From: Malacoraja senta
Lineage: Eukaryota
Assembly (NCBI GenBank): GCA_038087875.1
Contig: CM075988.1
Coordinates: 806,001-870,000, forward strand
Length of the DNA stretch: 64,000 bases
Reading direction: 5' to 3'
Made by a program: the position numbers and the translations under genes. This document shows, piece after piece, positions 1 to 10,700 of the stretch; the stretch's first letter is position 1; every line of letters begins with the position of its first letter. The notes below the pieces were generated by a model. The model was given only the letters and a program-made list of their open reading frames with translations, was not told the origin of the DNA and did not search any database.

Positions 1-385
1 CTAGAGTGTACAAGCCCAGCCGCTCCATTCTCTCAGCATATGACAGTCCCGCCATCCTGGGAATTAACCTTGTAAACCTATGCTGCACTCCCTCAATAGC
101 AAGAATTCCTCAAATTAGGGGACCAAAACTGCACACAATATTCCAGGTGTGGTCTCACTAGGGCCCTGAACAACTGCAGAAGGGCCTCTTTGCTCCTATA
201 CTCGACTCCTCTTGTTATAAAGGATAACATGCTATTCGCTTTCTTCACTGCCTGCTGTACCTGCATGCTTACTTTCATAGACTGATGAACAAGGACCCCC
301 AGATCCCGTTGTACTTCCCCTTTTCCCAACGACGCCATTTAGATAGTAATCTGCCTTCTTGTTTTTGATACCAAAGTGGATAACC

Positions 386-520
386 GGGGTGGGAGATTGC
401 AACCTTCACGTGGTCCGCCCTGTTTCGGCGAATGCAATCAACGTGGCGTGCACAATCAAATAAGATCAAATAGAACAAGTTGTCCTCCAACTTTAGACTG
501 TGCACACCATACGCAAGGAG
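386..520 (+). mobile_element. Short 5'-truncated retroposon, family uncertain, with 12 bp TSD
   Basis: AAGTGGATAACC is repeated at 374-385 and 521-532. Removing the insert restores the CR1 sequence. The insert ends ...ccatacgcaaggag. Confidence 0.8.
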
Positions 521-708
521 AAGTGGATAACCTCACATTTATCCACATTAAACTTCATCAGCCATGCATCTGCCCACTCCCCCAACCTGTCCAAGTCACC
601 CTGCACTCTCATAGCATCCACCTCACAGTTCACTCTGCCACCCAGTTTTGTGTCATCTGCAAATTTGCTAATGTTACTTTGAATTCCTTCATCCAAATCA
701 TTGATGTA

Positions 709-2324
709 CAGTGGCTTGCAAAAGTTTTCATACCCCTTGAACTTTTCCACATTTTGTCACGTTACAACCACAAACGTAAATGTATTTTATTGGGATTTTA
801 TGTGATAGACCAACACAAAGTGGTGCATAATTGTGAAGTGGAAGGAAAATGATACATGGTTTTCAAATGTTTTTACAAATAAAAAAATGAAAAGTGTCGC
901 GTGCAAAAGTATTCAGCCCCCCTGAGTCAATACTTTGGAGAACCACCTTTCGCTGCAATTACAGCTGCAAGTCTTTTGGGGTATGTCTCTACCAGCTTTG
1001 CACATCTAGAGACTGAAATTTTTGCCCATTCTTCTTTGCAAAATAGCTCAAGCTCAGTCAGATTGGATGGAGAGCGTCTGTGAACAGCAATTTTCAAGTC
1101 TTGCCAGAGATTCTCAATTGGATTTAGGTCTGGACTTTGACTGGGCCATTCTAACATATGAATATGCTTTGATCTAAACCATTCCATTGTAGCTCTGGCT
1201 GTATGTTTAGGGTCATTGTCCTGCTGGAAGGTGAACCTCCACCCCAGTCTCAAGTCTTTTGCAGACTCTAACAGGTTTTCTTCCAAGATTGCCCTGTATT
1301 TGGCTCCATCCATCTTCCCATCAACTCTGACCAGCTTCCCTGCCCCTGCTGAAGAAAAGCATCCCCACAGCATGATGCTGCCACCACCATGTTTCACAGT
1401 GGGGATGGTGTGTTCAGGGTGATGTGCAGTGTTAGGTTTCCGCCACACATAGCGTTTTGCATTTAGGCCAAAAACTTCAATTTTGGTCTCATCTGACCAG
1501 AGCACCTTCCTCCACATGTTTGCTGTGTCCCCCACATGGCTTGTGGCAAACTGCAAACGGGACGTCTTATGGCTTTTTTTCAACAATGGTTTCTTCTTGC
1601 CACTCTTCCATAAAGGCCCGATTTGTGGAGTACACGACTAATAGTTGTCCTGTGGACAGATTCTCCCACCTGAGCTGTGGATCTCTGCAGCTCCTCCAGA
1701 GTTACCATGGGCCTCTTGGCTGCTTCTCTGATCAATGCTCTCCTTGCCCAGCCCATCAGTTTAGGTGGACGGCCATGTCTTGGTAGGTTTGCAGTTGTGC
1801 CATACTCTTTCCATTTTCTGATGATGGATTGAACAGTGCTCCGTGAGATGTTCAAAGCTTGGGATGGTTTTTTATAACCTAACCCTGCTTTAAACTTCTC
1901 CACAACTTTATCCCTGACCTGTCTGGTGTGTTCCTTGGGCTTCATGATGCTGTTTGTTCACTAATGTTCTCTAACAAACCTCTGAGGCCTTCACAGAACA
2001 GCTGTATTTATACTGAGATTAGATTACACACAAGTGGACTCTAGTTACTAATTAGGTGACTTCGGAAGGCAATTGGTTGCACTGGATTTTATTTAGGGGT
2101 ATCAGAGTAAAGGGGGCTGAATACTTTTGCACGCGACACTTTTCAGTTTTTTATTTGTAAAAAAATTTGAAAACCATGTATCATTTTCCTTCCACTTCAC
2201 AATTATGCGCCACTTTGTGTTGGTCTATCACATAAAATCCCAATAAAATACATTTACGTTTGTGGTTGTAACATGACAAAATGTGGAAAAGTTCAAGGGG
2301 TATGAATACTTTTGCAAGCCACTG
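709..2324 (-). mobile_element. Full-length Tc1/mariner transposon, Passport (PPTN)-like, IR/DR type
   Basis: TA TSD at 707-708 and 2325-2326. ~214 bp near-identical TIRs starting CAGTGGCTTGCAAAAGT, each with an inner direct repeat (gcaaaagtattcagccccc). Internal transposase present. Confidence 0.97.
927..1945 (-). pseudogene. Tc1 DD34E transposase with a single 1 bp frameshift near 1590
   Basis: ORF 1580-1945 (paired-like DNA-binding domain, GRPPK) plus ORF 927-1586 (WSDETK, QQDNDPKH, SPDLNPIE; 34 residues between D and E). Restoring one base in RRKPLL gives 339 aa. Confidence 0.95.
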
Positions 2325-3509
2325 TATATTGTAAATAGCTGCTGTCCCAGCACCGAGCCTTGCGGTACCCCACTAGTCACTGCCTGCCATTCTGAAAGGG
2401 ACCCGTTAATTCCTACTCTTTGTTTCCTGTCTGCCAACCAATTTTCTATCCATGTCAGCACTCTATCCCCAGTACCATGTGCTCTAATTTTGCCCACTAA
2501 TCTCCTCTGCGGGACTTTATCAAATGCTTTCTGAAAGTCCAGGTACACTACATCCACTGGCTCTCCCTTGTCCATTTTCCTAGTTATTTCCTCAAAAAAT
2601 TCCAGAAGATTAGTCAAGCATGATTTCCCCTTCGTAAATCCATGCTGACTCGGACCACTCCTGTTACTGCTATCCAAATGTGCGGCTATTCCATGTTTTA
2701 TAATTGACTCCAGCATCTTCCCCACCACCGATGTCAGGCTAACTGGTCCATAATTCCCTGTTTTCTCTCTCCCGCCTTTCTTAAAAAGTGGGATAACATT
2801 AGCTACCCTCCAATCCACAGGAACTGATCCTGAGTCTATAGAACATTGCAAAATTATCACCAATGCATCCAAGATTTCTAGAGCCACTTCCTTAAGTACC
2901 CTGGGATGCAGACCATCAGGCCTTGGGGATTTATCAGTCCCACCAGTCTACCCAACACCATTTCATGCCTAATGTGGATTTCCTTCAGTTCCTCCGTCAC
3001 CCCAGATCCTCTGGCCACTACTATATCAGCAAGATTGTTTGTGTCCTCCTTAGTGAAGACGGATCCAAATTACCTGTTCAACTCATCTGCCATTTCCTTG
3101 TTCCCCATAATAAATTCACCTTTTTCGGTCTTCAAGGGTCCAACTTTGGTCTTAACTAGTTTTTTCCTCTTCACATAACTAAAGAAGCTTTTACTATCCT
3201 CCTTTATATTCTTGGCTAGCTTACCTTCATACCTCATCCTTTCTCCCTGTACTGTCTTTTTAGTTATCTTCTGTTGCTCTTAAACATTACCCAATCCTCT
3301 TGCTTCCCGCTCATCTTTGCTACGTTGTACTTCTTCTCTTTTATTTTTATACTGTCCCTGACGTCCCTTGTCAGCCACGGTCGCCCCTTACTCCCCTTGT
3401 TATCTTTCTTCCTCCTAGGAATGAACTGATCGCGCACCTTCTGTATTATTCCTAGAAATACCTGCCATTGTTGTTCCACTGTCATCCCTTCTAGGGTATC
3501 TTTCCATAT

Positions 3510-4150
3510 TTGAGGAATATAAAGCAAGGAGGAAAGAACTCAAGCAGGCGATAAGAAGGGCCAAAAGTGGCACAAAATGAGTTTGGCATGTTGGATTAAA
3601 GAAAATCCCAAAGCTTTTCATACCTACATTAAAAACAACCAGAGAGAAGGTAAGACGGCTCAAGCATAAATGAGGGGAATTTGCACTTGTTGTCTGGGGA
3701 TATAGGTGATGTACTAAACTTTCCATGTTTTCATCAAAGAGAAGGACATGGAGGACAGTGAGATTAATGTGGAGGATATACAGCAAGAACAGTTTGAGAT
3801 TGAGGAGAGGTTTTAGAGCTCTTCAAGTGCATTAAGATGGATAAATCCCCAGGACCTGATGGGAACTATTGCAGGTTATTGAGAGACAAGACAGGAGATT
3901 GCAGGATCCTTGACAAAGATCGTTGGGTCTTCTCTAGCCACAGGTGAGGTCCCAGAGGACTGGAGAGTAGCTAATGATTTTCCTTTATTTAAAAAAGGCA
4001 GGTAGAGAGAATGCAGGGAATTATAGGCTGGTGAGAATCACATTAGTGGTGGGGAAGCTATTGCAGAGGATTCTTCGACAGGATTTACTCCTATTTGGAA
4101 GAGAATTGGTTAATAAGGGACATGGCATGGCTTTATACACGGCAGATCGT
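3510..4150 (+). mobile_element. Degenerate CR1 ORF2 fragment
   Basis: DKSPGPDG-like and [13 protein letters not shown] coding remnants with many disruptions. Confidence 0.75.
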
Positions 4151-4151
4151 T

Positions 4152-4403
4152 AAAACATGGAAAATAGGTGCAGAAGTAGGTCATTCGGCCCTTTGAGCCA
4201 GCACAGCCATTCATTGGTTGATCATCCAAAATCAGTACCCCGTTCCGGCTTTTTCCCCATATCCCTTGATTCCCTTAGCCCTAAGAGCTAAATCTAATTC
4301 TCTCTTGAAAACATCCAGTGATTTGGCCTCCTTTGCCTTCTGAGAATTCCACAGATTCACAACTCTCTGGGTGACAAGGTTTTTCCTCATCTTAGTCCTA
4401 AAT
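4152..4403 (-). mobile_element. CR1 3' end fragment
   Basis: Reverse complement of the CR1 3' end seen at about 15020-15260. Confidence 0.8.
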
Positions 4404-5016
4404 CAGATTCAGATTCAAACTTTATTGTCATTGTGCAGTGTACAAGTACAGAGACAACGAAATGCAGTTAGCATCTCACCCAGAAGAGCGAACATAGAAT
4501 AATGGAACAGTAAAATATATATATGTACATACAGTAAGTAGCAGTAGTGCATTTTTTCTGGGGGAAGGAGTGTCCGGGGGGGGGGGGGGGTGACTGGCAA
4601 TCACCAAGGTGCAGAGTTCAGTAGTGTAACAATCGCAGGGAAGAAGCTGTTCCTGAACCTGCTGGTCCGGCAACGTAGAGACCTGTAGCGCCTCCCGGAT
4701 GGGAAGAGGGTAAACAGTCTGTGGTTGGGGTGAGAGCAGTCCTTGACGATGCTGCGCGCCCTTCGCAGACATCGCTTGTTCTGGGCAGACTCAATGGAGG
4801 GGAGTGAGGAACCGGTGATGCGTTGGGCAGTTTTCACCACCCTCTGCAGTGCTTTCCGGTCGGAGACAGAGCAGTTGCCATACTATACTGTGATACAGTT
4901 AGTAAGGATGCTCTCGATGGTGCAGCGGTAGAAGTTCACCAGAATCTGAGGAGACAGATGGACCTTCTTTAGTCTCCTCAGGAAGAAGAGACGCTGGTGA
5001 GCCTTCTTGACCAGTT
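4404..5016 (-). mobile_element. Rex1/Babar-type LINE 3' portion with (TCTGAA)n tail
   Basis: ORF 4601-4840 (KDCSHPNHRLFTLFPSGRRYRS...RFRNSFFP), then AATAAA and a microsatellite tail. Confidence 0.85.
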
Positions 5017-5039
5017 ATGCTTCCATGATGTTGACGCCA

Positions 5040-5720
5040 CCCACCCCACTGTTTTGTTTAAACCAACCGATGTAGCACTAGCAAACCTGCCTGCCAGAAT
5101 GTCGGTCTCCTTCCAATTAAGGTGCAACCCGTCCCTTTTGTACAGGTCACCTCTGCCCCAGAAGAGATTCCAGTGATCTAGAAATCTAAATCCCTGCCCC
5201 CTGCATCAACTCCTTAGCCACACATTGAGATCCCCTTTCTCCCTGTTCCTACCCGCACTAGCACGAGGTACAGGAAGCAACCCAGAGATAACCACCCTAG
5301 AAGTCCTGCTTTTCAGCCACCTGCCTAGTTCTCTATACTCACGTTGCAGAACCTCCTTCCTCTTCTTACCCACGTCATTTGTGCCCACATGCACAACTAC
5401 TTCCGGCTACTCCCCTTCCCTCTCGAGGATGTTCTGGAGGCAGTCTGAAATATCTTGGATCCTGGCACCAGGGAGGTAACACACAATCCTCGAGCCTCGC
5501 CTGTCACCACAGAATCTCCTGTCTGCACCTCGGACAATGGAGTCATCCACCACTGTGGCGCTGCCTGACGTCGGTCTCGCCGGTCAAGTCTCAGCACTAG
5601 GATTCGAGTCACAGACCCGTCCGCCGCTCGGACTGGAAGCTTCGTCTACCCCGACAGCTCCCAAGAGGGTGTACCTGTTCGCAAGAGGTACTTCCACCGA
5701 AGTTTCCTGCACTCGCTTCA
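5040..5720 (-). mobile_element. CR1 ORF1 fragment (SGNH esterase-like domain)
   Basis: ORF 5206-5394 (HVGTND...VVISGLLPVPRAS) is typical of the CR1 ORF1 esterase. Confidence 0.85.
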
Positions 5721-5936
5721 ACCCCTTTTCTTTCTATGTCTTACTAACTTGATCAAGAATTATGAGGAGGTGACAAAGGTAATCGATGAGGATAGGGCGG
5801 AGGATGTCGTGAACAAGGATTTTAGTAAGACATTTGTTAAAGTCCCCCATTGATCGAGCAGGTTAAAATGCCGGATTGACAGTGACATGGTCATATGGAT
5901 TCAGAGCTGGATTAGTGATAGAAGACTGAGCGTTAT

Positions 5937-6392
5937 TGTAGTAGCCATTTAGCTTAACTCAGTACATTACAATTATATCTAGTTACCTTTAATTTTGTCT
6001 GCCCATGTAATTATGTGGGTGGGATATATAGAGTCTGGGGCGTGTTTTTAGCTAGAGGATTCTGGCGCAGACTCCCAGATAGTTAGTTCAGTTTGGTGAA
6101 GGCCATGGAAGAGACACAGTTTTCGATCATGTCCATGAGCTAAGAGCATAATTGATATATCAGTTGTCAGACGATGTGCTTTTACAAGAAGTTTTATGAA
6201 TTATCTTACTGCTTTGTACTACAATAAAGAAACTATTAATTAAGAGTCTGTTTCTGGAATATTCATATTTCGACTGCTTGGAATGTCTCATGGAGAGCTC
6301 GTGGAATACGTAATGATACTTATCTAACCATGGCCAGCAAATTAGTGACTATCGGGAACTAAAATCTTGAGACGTCGTAAAGACTGTCCCCA
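5937..6392 (+). mobile_element. Solo LTR (456 bp) inserted in a CR1 fragment
   Basis: TG...CA termini, 5 bp TSD GTTAT (5932-5936, 6393-6397), TATA-like gatatatag near 6025 and AATAAA near 6223. Confidence 0.85.
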
Positions 6393-6589
6393 GTTATGGT
6401 GCAAGGAGGTCTGTGATCAGTGTAGTTCCGCAGGGATCTGAGATGGGAACTCTATTGTGCAAGGTGTTGTACTTTGGGAGGTTGAATGTCAGGAGAGAGT
6501 AGACGGTTAATAGCAAGATCCTTAACAGCAATGATGTCCAGAGGTGATCTTGGAGCCCGAGTTCATAGCTTACTAAAAGTGGCAACACA

Positions 6590-6720
6590 AGGGAGGCGCA
6601 GCGGTAGAATTGTTGCCTTACTGTGCCAGTGACCCGGGTTTGATCTCGACTATGGGTGCTGTCTGTACGGAGTTTGTACATTCTCCCCGTGACCTGCGTG
6701 GGTTTTCTCCGAGATATTTG
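6590..6720 (+). mobile_element. tRNA-derived V-SINE/HE1-like SINE, 5' part
   Basis: A/B-box-like head (gcggtagaattg...ggtttgatc) and core gtctgtacggagtttgtacattctccccgtg shared with copies at 16010 and 21083. Confidence 0.8.
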
Positions 6721-7214
6721 CTAGGGCACTGAGTACAAGAGTCAGGAAGTCCTACGACAATAAAAATGTGGAGGCTTTCGAAAGGGTGCAGGGGAAATTT
6801 ACCAGAATGCTGCCTGGATTAGAGGATATTACCTACAGGGAGAGGCTGGACAGATTTTGATTGTTTTCTCTGGAACATCGGCAATTGAGGGGAGCAATAC
6901 ATAAAATGATGAGAGTCATAGATAGGGTACACAGTCAGAACCTTTCTGTCAGGATGGAAAAATCAAAACTACTGGACATAGCTTTAAGGTGAGAGGGGGA
7001 AAGTTTAAAGGAGATGTGAAAGGTCATCCAATTTCCCTTATTTAGCCATCCTTATCCCATCAACTGGCCTCTAAAGGTTAAAGGAGTGTCTCACTAACTT
7101 GAATTAGTTATTTTAAAGATGGCAAAGATTGATGAGGTAGGGCAGTGATGTTGTATAGATGGATTTTAGTCAGGCCTTTGATAAGGTAGACTGATCCAGA
7201 AGATTAAAATATAC

Positions 7215-7610
7215 ACATAACCCGTGACACCCTTACTAATCAAGAATCTGTCAATCCCCACCATAAAAATATCCATTGACGTGGCCTCCATAGTCATCTG
7301 TGGCAAAGAATTCCACAGACTCACAACCCTCTGACTAAAGAAATTCCTCCTCATCTCCTTTTGAAAGGTATGTCATTTTATTCTGAAGCTATGGCCTCTC
7401 CCACTAGTGGAAACATCCTCTCCATATCCACTCTGTCCAGGTCTTTCACTATTCTATAAGTTTTAATGAGGTGCCCGCTCATCCTTCTAAACTCAAGCAA
7501 GTTCAGGCATTGTACCATCAAACACTCATCATATGTTCACCCAATCATTCCTGGAATCATTCTTGTAAACCTCCTCTGGACCCTCTCGAATGCCTGCACA
7601 TTCTTCCTGA
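7215..7610 (-). mobile_element. CR1 3' ORF2 fragment
   Basis: MRRNFFSQRVVSLWNSLP and ERVQRRFTRMIPG peptides. Confidence 0.85.
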
Positions 7611-7664
7611 AACTGCTCATTTGAGCAATGAGAATGGACGGACATGGATTATTGCTTGACCACC

Positions 7665-8490
7665 AAGGGCGCCGTACGATTGGCAGCCTCTGCCAACAGT
7701 CTGTCTGTTTTTTCATCCTTTTGTTATTTTTGGTCTGTTTAAAAGTATGTTTTTGGAGGTTTCTTAGTCTTTTTATGTGGGGGAGGTGGGGAAGGTAAGG
7801 TGAAAACCGTTTCTCAGTCACTTCCTGGTCGAGGATGCGACTATTCTCTGAGTCGTGTCTTCCCCACCACCCTCGCGGCCTACCATCTGGATTGGCGTGG
7901 CCTTTCCCGTCGGAGACCGGCCAAAGCTTCAACAGTGGCGTGATTTACCATCACGGAGCAGGCGATACTTTACTGGGGATCGCCGTGTTGGGCCTGCTGC
8001 TTAACATCGTGGAGCTGTGGTTTGCGGAGCTTCTAGCTGCGGGTGGCGCTGACTTTAACATCGCAGAGTCCTGGGATCCCTTTGCCGAGGGCCGCCAGTG
8101 TTGGAGCTCCGCCCAGCTCTGCCTGTGGACTCGGAAGACGCGGTCTCTGGTAAGAAGTGGCTGATTCGTAAACTCCAAGCCGCTGAGAGTGTTCTTCCGC
8201 TCCGATGCTGGAGTTCCGATCATCCCGGCAAGAGGGCCTGAAACATCGGGCCGCCATATCTGCGGAGGGCTCAAAGGCCCCGACCACAGGTGAACAAAGA
8301 CAAAGAGGAAGATGACTGAACTTTATTGCCTTCCCTCGCAGTGGGAACCGTTGATTCCGCTGTGTGGGGATGTTCATGTAAAATTCTATCGTGTGTTGTG
8401 TTATTTTTATCGTATGGCTGTATGGTAACTCAAATTTCACTGTACCAATTGGTGCATGTGACAATAAATGTAAACTTGAAACTTGAAACT
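7665..8490 (+). mobile_element. GC-rich non-autonomous retroposon with AATAAA and (AACTTGA)n tail
   Basis: No credible ORF. Same layout as 51997-52842 (T-rich 5' part, GC-rich body, gtgacaataaa plus microsatellite tail). Confidence 0.65.
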
Positions 8491-8804
8491 ATAAGAATTG
8501 ATCGTGACATCATATTCAGCACAGGCATTTGGGTCACAAGGGCCTATTCTTGTGCTGTACTGTTCTATGCACTATGTTCTATGAATGACCAAGCAAGCAT
8601 AAAGAGCAAGCACAAAGATCTTGTTCCTGCTATTTTTCTACCTTTCTGAAAAAACTGTATTAAATAGATTACCATAGTTTTAAATTGCTTTCTAATTCAC
8701 TTATAAACTGTTAAGTCTGGACTGATTGGGAGGAAAGATCCCAGCACAAGTCAACCCAACAAATACAATTGTTATTATGGATCCTTCTTTGGTAGAGTAC
8801 TTAC

Positions 8805-8872
8805 TCTCTGTCACGGTTTTGATACTGGTCATGGGTGTAGCTTGGCGGAAGACAAGCCTCCACATTGTCTTT
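8805..8872 (-). CDS. TMEM107: TMEM107 second coding exon (68 nt), KDNVEACLPPSYTHDQYQNRDR(+2 nt)
   Basis: Acceptor tatttttttgttgcag| and donor GA|GTAAGT. The phase-0 start is in frame with the previous exon. Peptide aligns with remembered human DSNIQACLPLTFTPEEYDKQDI. Later exons were not found and presumably lie left of the window. Confidence 0.9.
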
Positions 8873-10292
8873 CTGCAACAAAAAAATAAGCACCACAGAA
8901 TGAACTACATTAGAAAGCAATTGAAAAGAAAATTAATGTAAATTCAGAAAAGTTTAAAAAAAATCAAATTTGTTCTTTCAGTCCATCAAAACTGACCACT
9001 ACTCAGAATTTTCACATTGTTCCCTGCTGCTCTTGCCAAATTTAATGGGCGGGCCTTTTGGGACCAGTGACCAGAGTTCTATTAGCTTTAAATTAGTCCT
9101 GACTGATCCACAGGTTAGTTCTAAATTGCAGCAAGACCAATTTTGATGTTATTAGACAAGAATTTACAACAGGTAATTGGAGTAGACTGTTTGTAAATAA
9201 AAGGATGTTCGGAAAATGGGAATCTTTGAAAAGTGTGACTAAGAGAGTTCAAAGTATGCATGTTGCTGTTGGAGTGAAGGGCAAGGCAGGTTGAACCTGA
9301 GATGATGAGAGAAATTAAGGATTTGGCCAGGTAACAGGATGCCTGGATTTGGTATAAGCAGCTGGGATCAAGTGTATCACTGGGACATTGAGAAGCATAC
9401 TTATGAAATAAATCAGAAAGGCAGAGATTCCCTTATCATGTAGCAATACACTGTAAATGGATCTATTGTAATCATGTATTGTCTTTCTGCTGACTGGTTG
9501 GCATGCAACAAGAGCTTTTCACAGTATCTCAGCTTTCGAGGACATATTTAACAAATTGAACCCCGACCAACGCTTTGCTGTATGGGTGGTCCAGTCAATA
9601 AGGTTTGAAATCTCACACAAATACTAACCCTTGATTTTTACAGCTATCAGCAATCTCCCTACTCATCTGCTCCTCTAATCCCTGTTGACTATTGGGAGAT
9701 CTAGTTTACATCCCATGTAAGTGATCATTCCCTTACTGGTACTAAGTTCTACACATATAGTCTCAGGACAATGCCCCAAGAGTGTTCACTCTGAGCACTA
9801 CAACCACCCTCCTCTCTTATCTGCACCTTTATCAAGTCTGCAGCATCTATACTACGGAACATTAAGCTGTCGTTCAGCCCTTCTCTAGGCTACGTTTCTG
9901 TTATGACTACATCCCAGGACCAAGCTAATCCATGCCCTGAGTTAGTATGATGTAGTGATGCTAAAAAAGCAAGCATTAAATATTCCCAAATACAAAGGAT
10001 AAGAAAAGAGATGGGGTCAGCAAAACTCAATGAGAAAATTACAATGTTGGAAAGAGAAGATGGTGCACGAGTTAAAAATTGAATCTGTTTGGTTAGCGGC
10101 AAGAAATAGCAGAAGGAACATTATAATTATGGGTGTGTTCTGAAGATTACCAACAGGTAGGAGCGATAGGAGCAAATGTATGTTTACAGAGAAAAACTGA
10201 AATTAAAGATTAGTTATAGTGGGAAATAGTCAGTTATCACAACGTAAAATGAATGGTAATAGTGTTAAGGGCAGAAAAGGTTAAGAGATTTC

Positions 10293-10610
10293 TGGTGGCA
10301 CAATAGCACAGCTAGTAGAACTTCTGCCTCAGTGGCAGTAATGCGAGTTCAATCCTGATAACTGTGTTGTCTGTGTGGAATTTACACGCGACCACATGGG
10401 TTACCCCTGGGGTCTCCGGTTTTCTTTTGCATCCAAAGAAATGCAGATTGTTTGGTTAATTGGCCACTATAAATTACCCTGACTGTATTGGCAAATAGCA
10501 GAATTAGGGGGAGAGCTGATGGCAGTGTGGGGATAATACAGAAAATTAGTGGAGCAGAGAATTGCTGTGAGCTTGCATAGAGTAACTAGGCTAATTGGCC
10601 CCTTCTAAGC
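10293..10610 (+). mobile_element. Degenerate V-SINE-like SINE
   Basis: Head with B-box-like gagttcaatcc and gtctgtgtgga core. Confidence 0.65.
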
Positions 10611-10700
10611 CGTAAGGAAATATGGAAAATTTGTTGGATCATTTTCTAGAATACGTTATTGGTCAAATAAGAACAGACGTCGCCCACGCCAGACTCCTAA

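Larger units (their letters stand above)
1..3510 (-). mobile_element. CR1-type LINE ORF2 (RT and C-terminal region), interrupted by a 135 bp retroposon and a Tc1 transposon
   Basis: ORFs 93-338, 493-750, 2228-2887 and 3264-3527 give CR1 motifs ([41 protein letters not shown]). The sequence rejoins across both insertions. Confidence 0.92.
5740..7020 (+). mobile_element. Degenerate CR1 RT/3' fragments hosting the solo LTR and a SINE
   Basis: Remnants of DFSKAF-, VPQGS- and RMLPGL-type coding sequence. Confidence 0.75.

Noticed and set aside
1..8804. TMEM107 exons 3-5 and U8 snoRNA (SNORD118, at the 3' end of human TMEM107)
   Set aside because: Not found by eye. The interval is almost all TE, so they probably lie beyond the left edge if present.
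8726..8941. Plus-strand 71 aa membrane-like ORF
   Set aside because: Antisense shadow of the TMEM107 exon on the minus strand.
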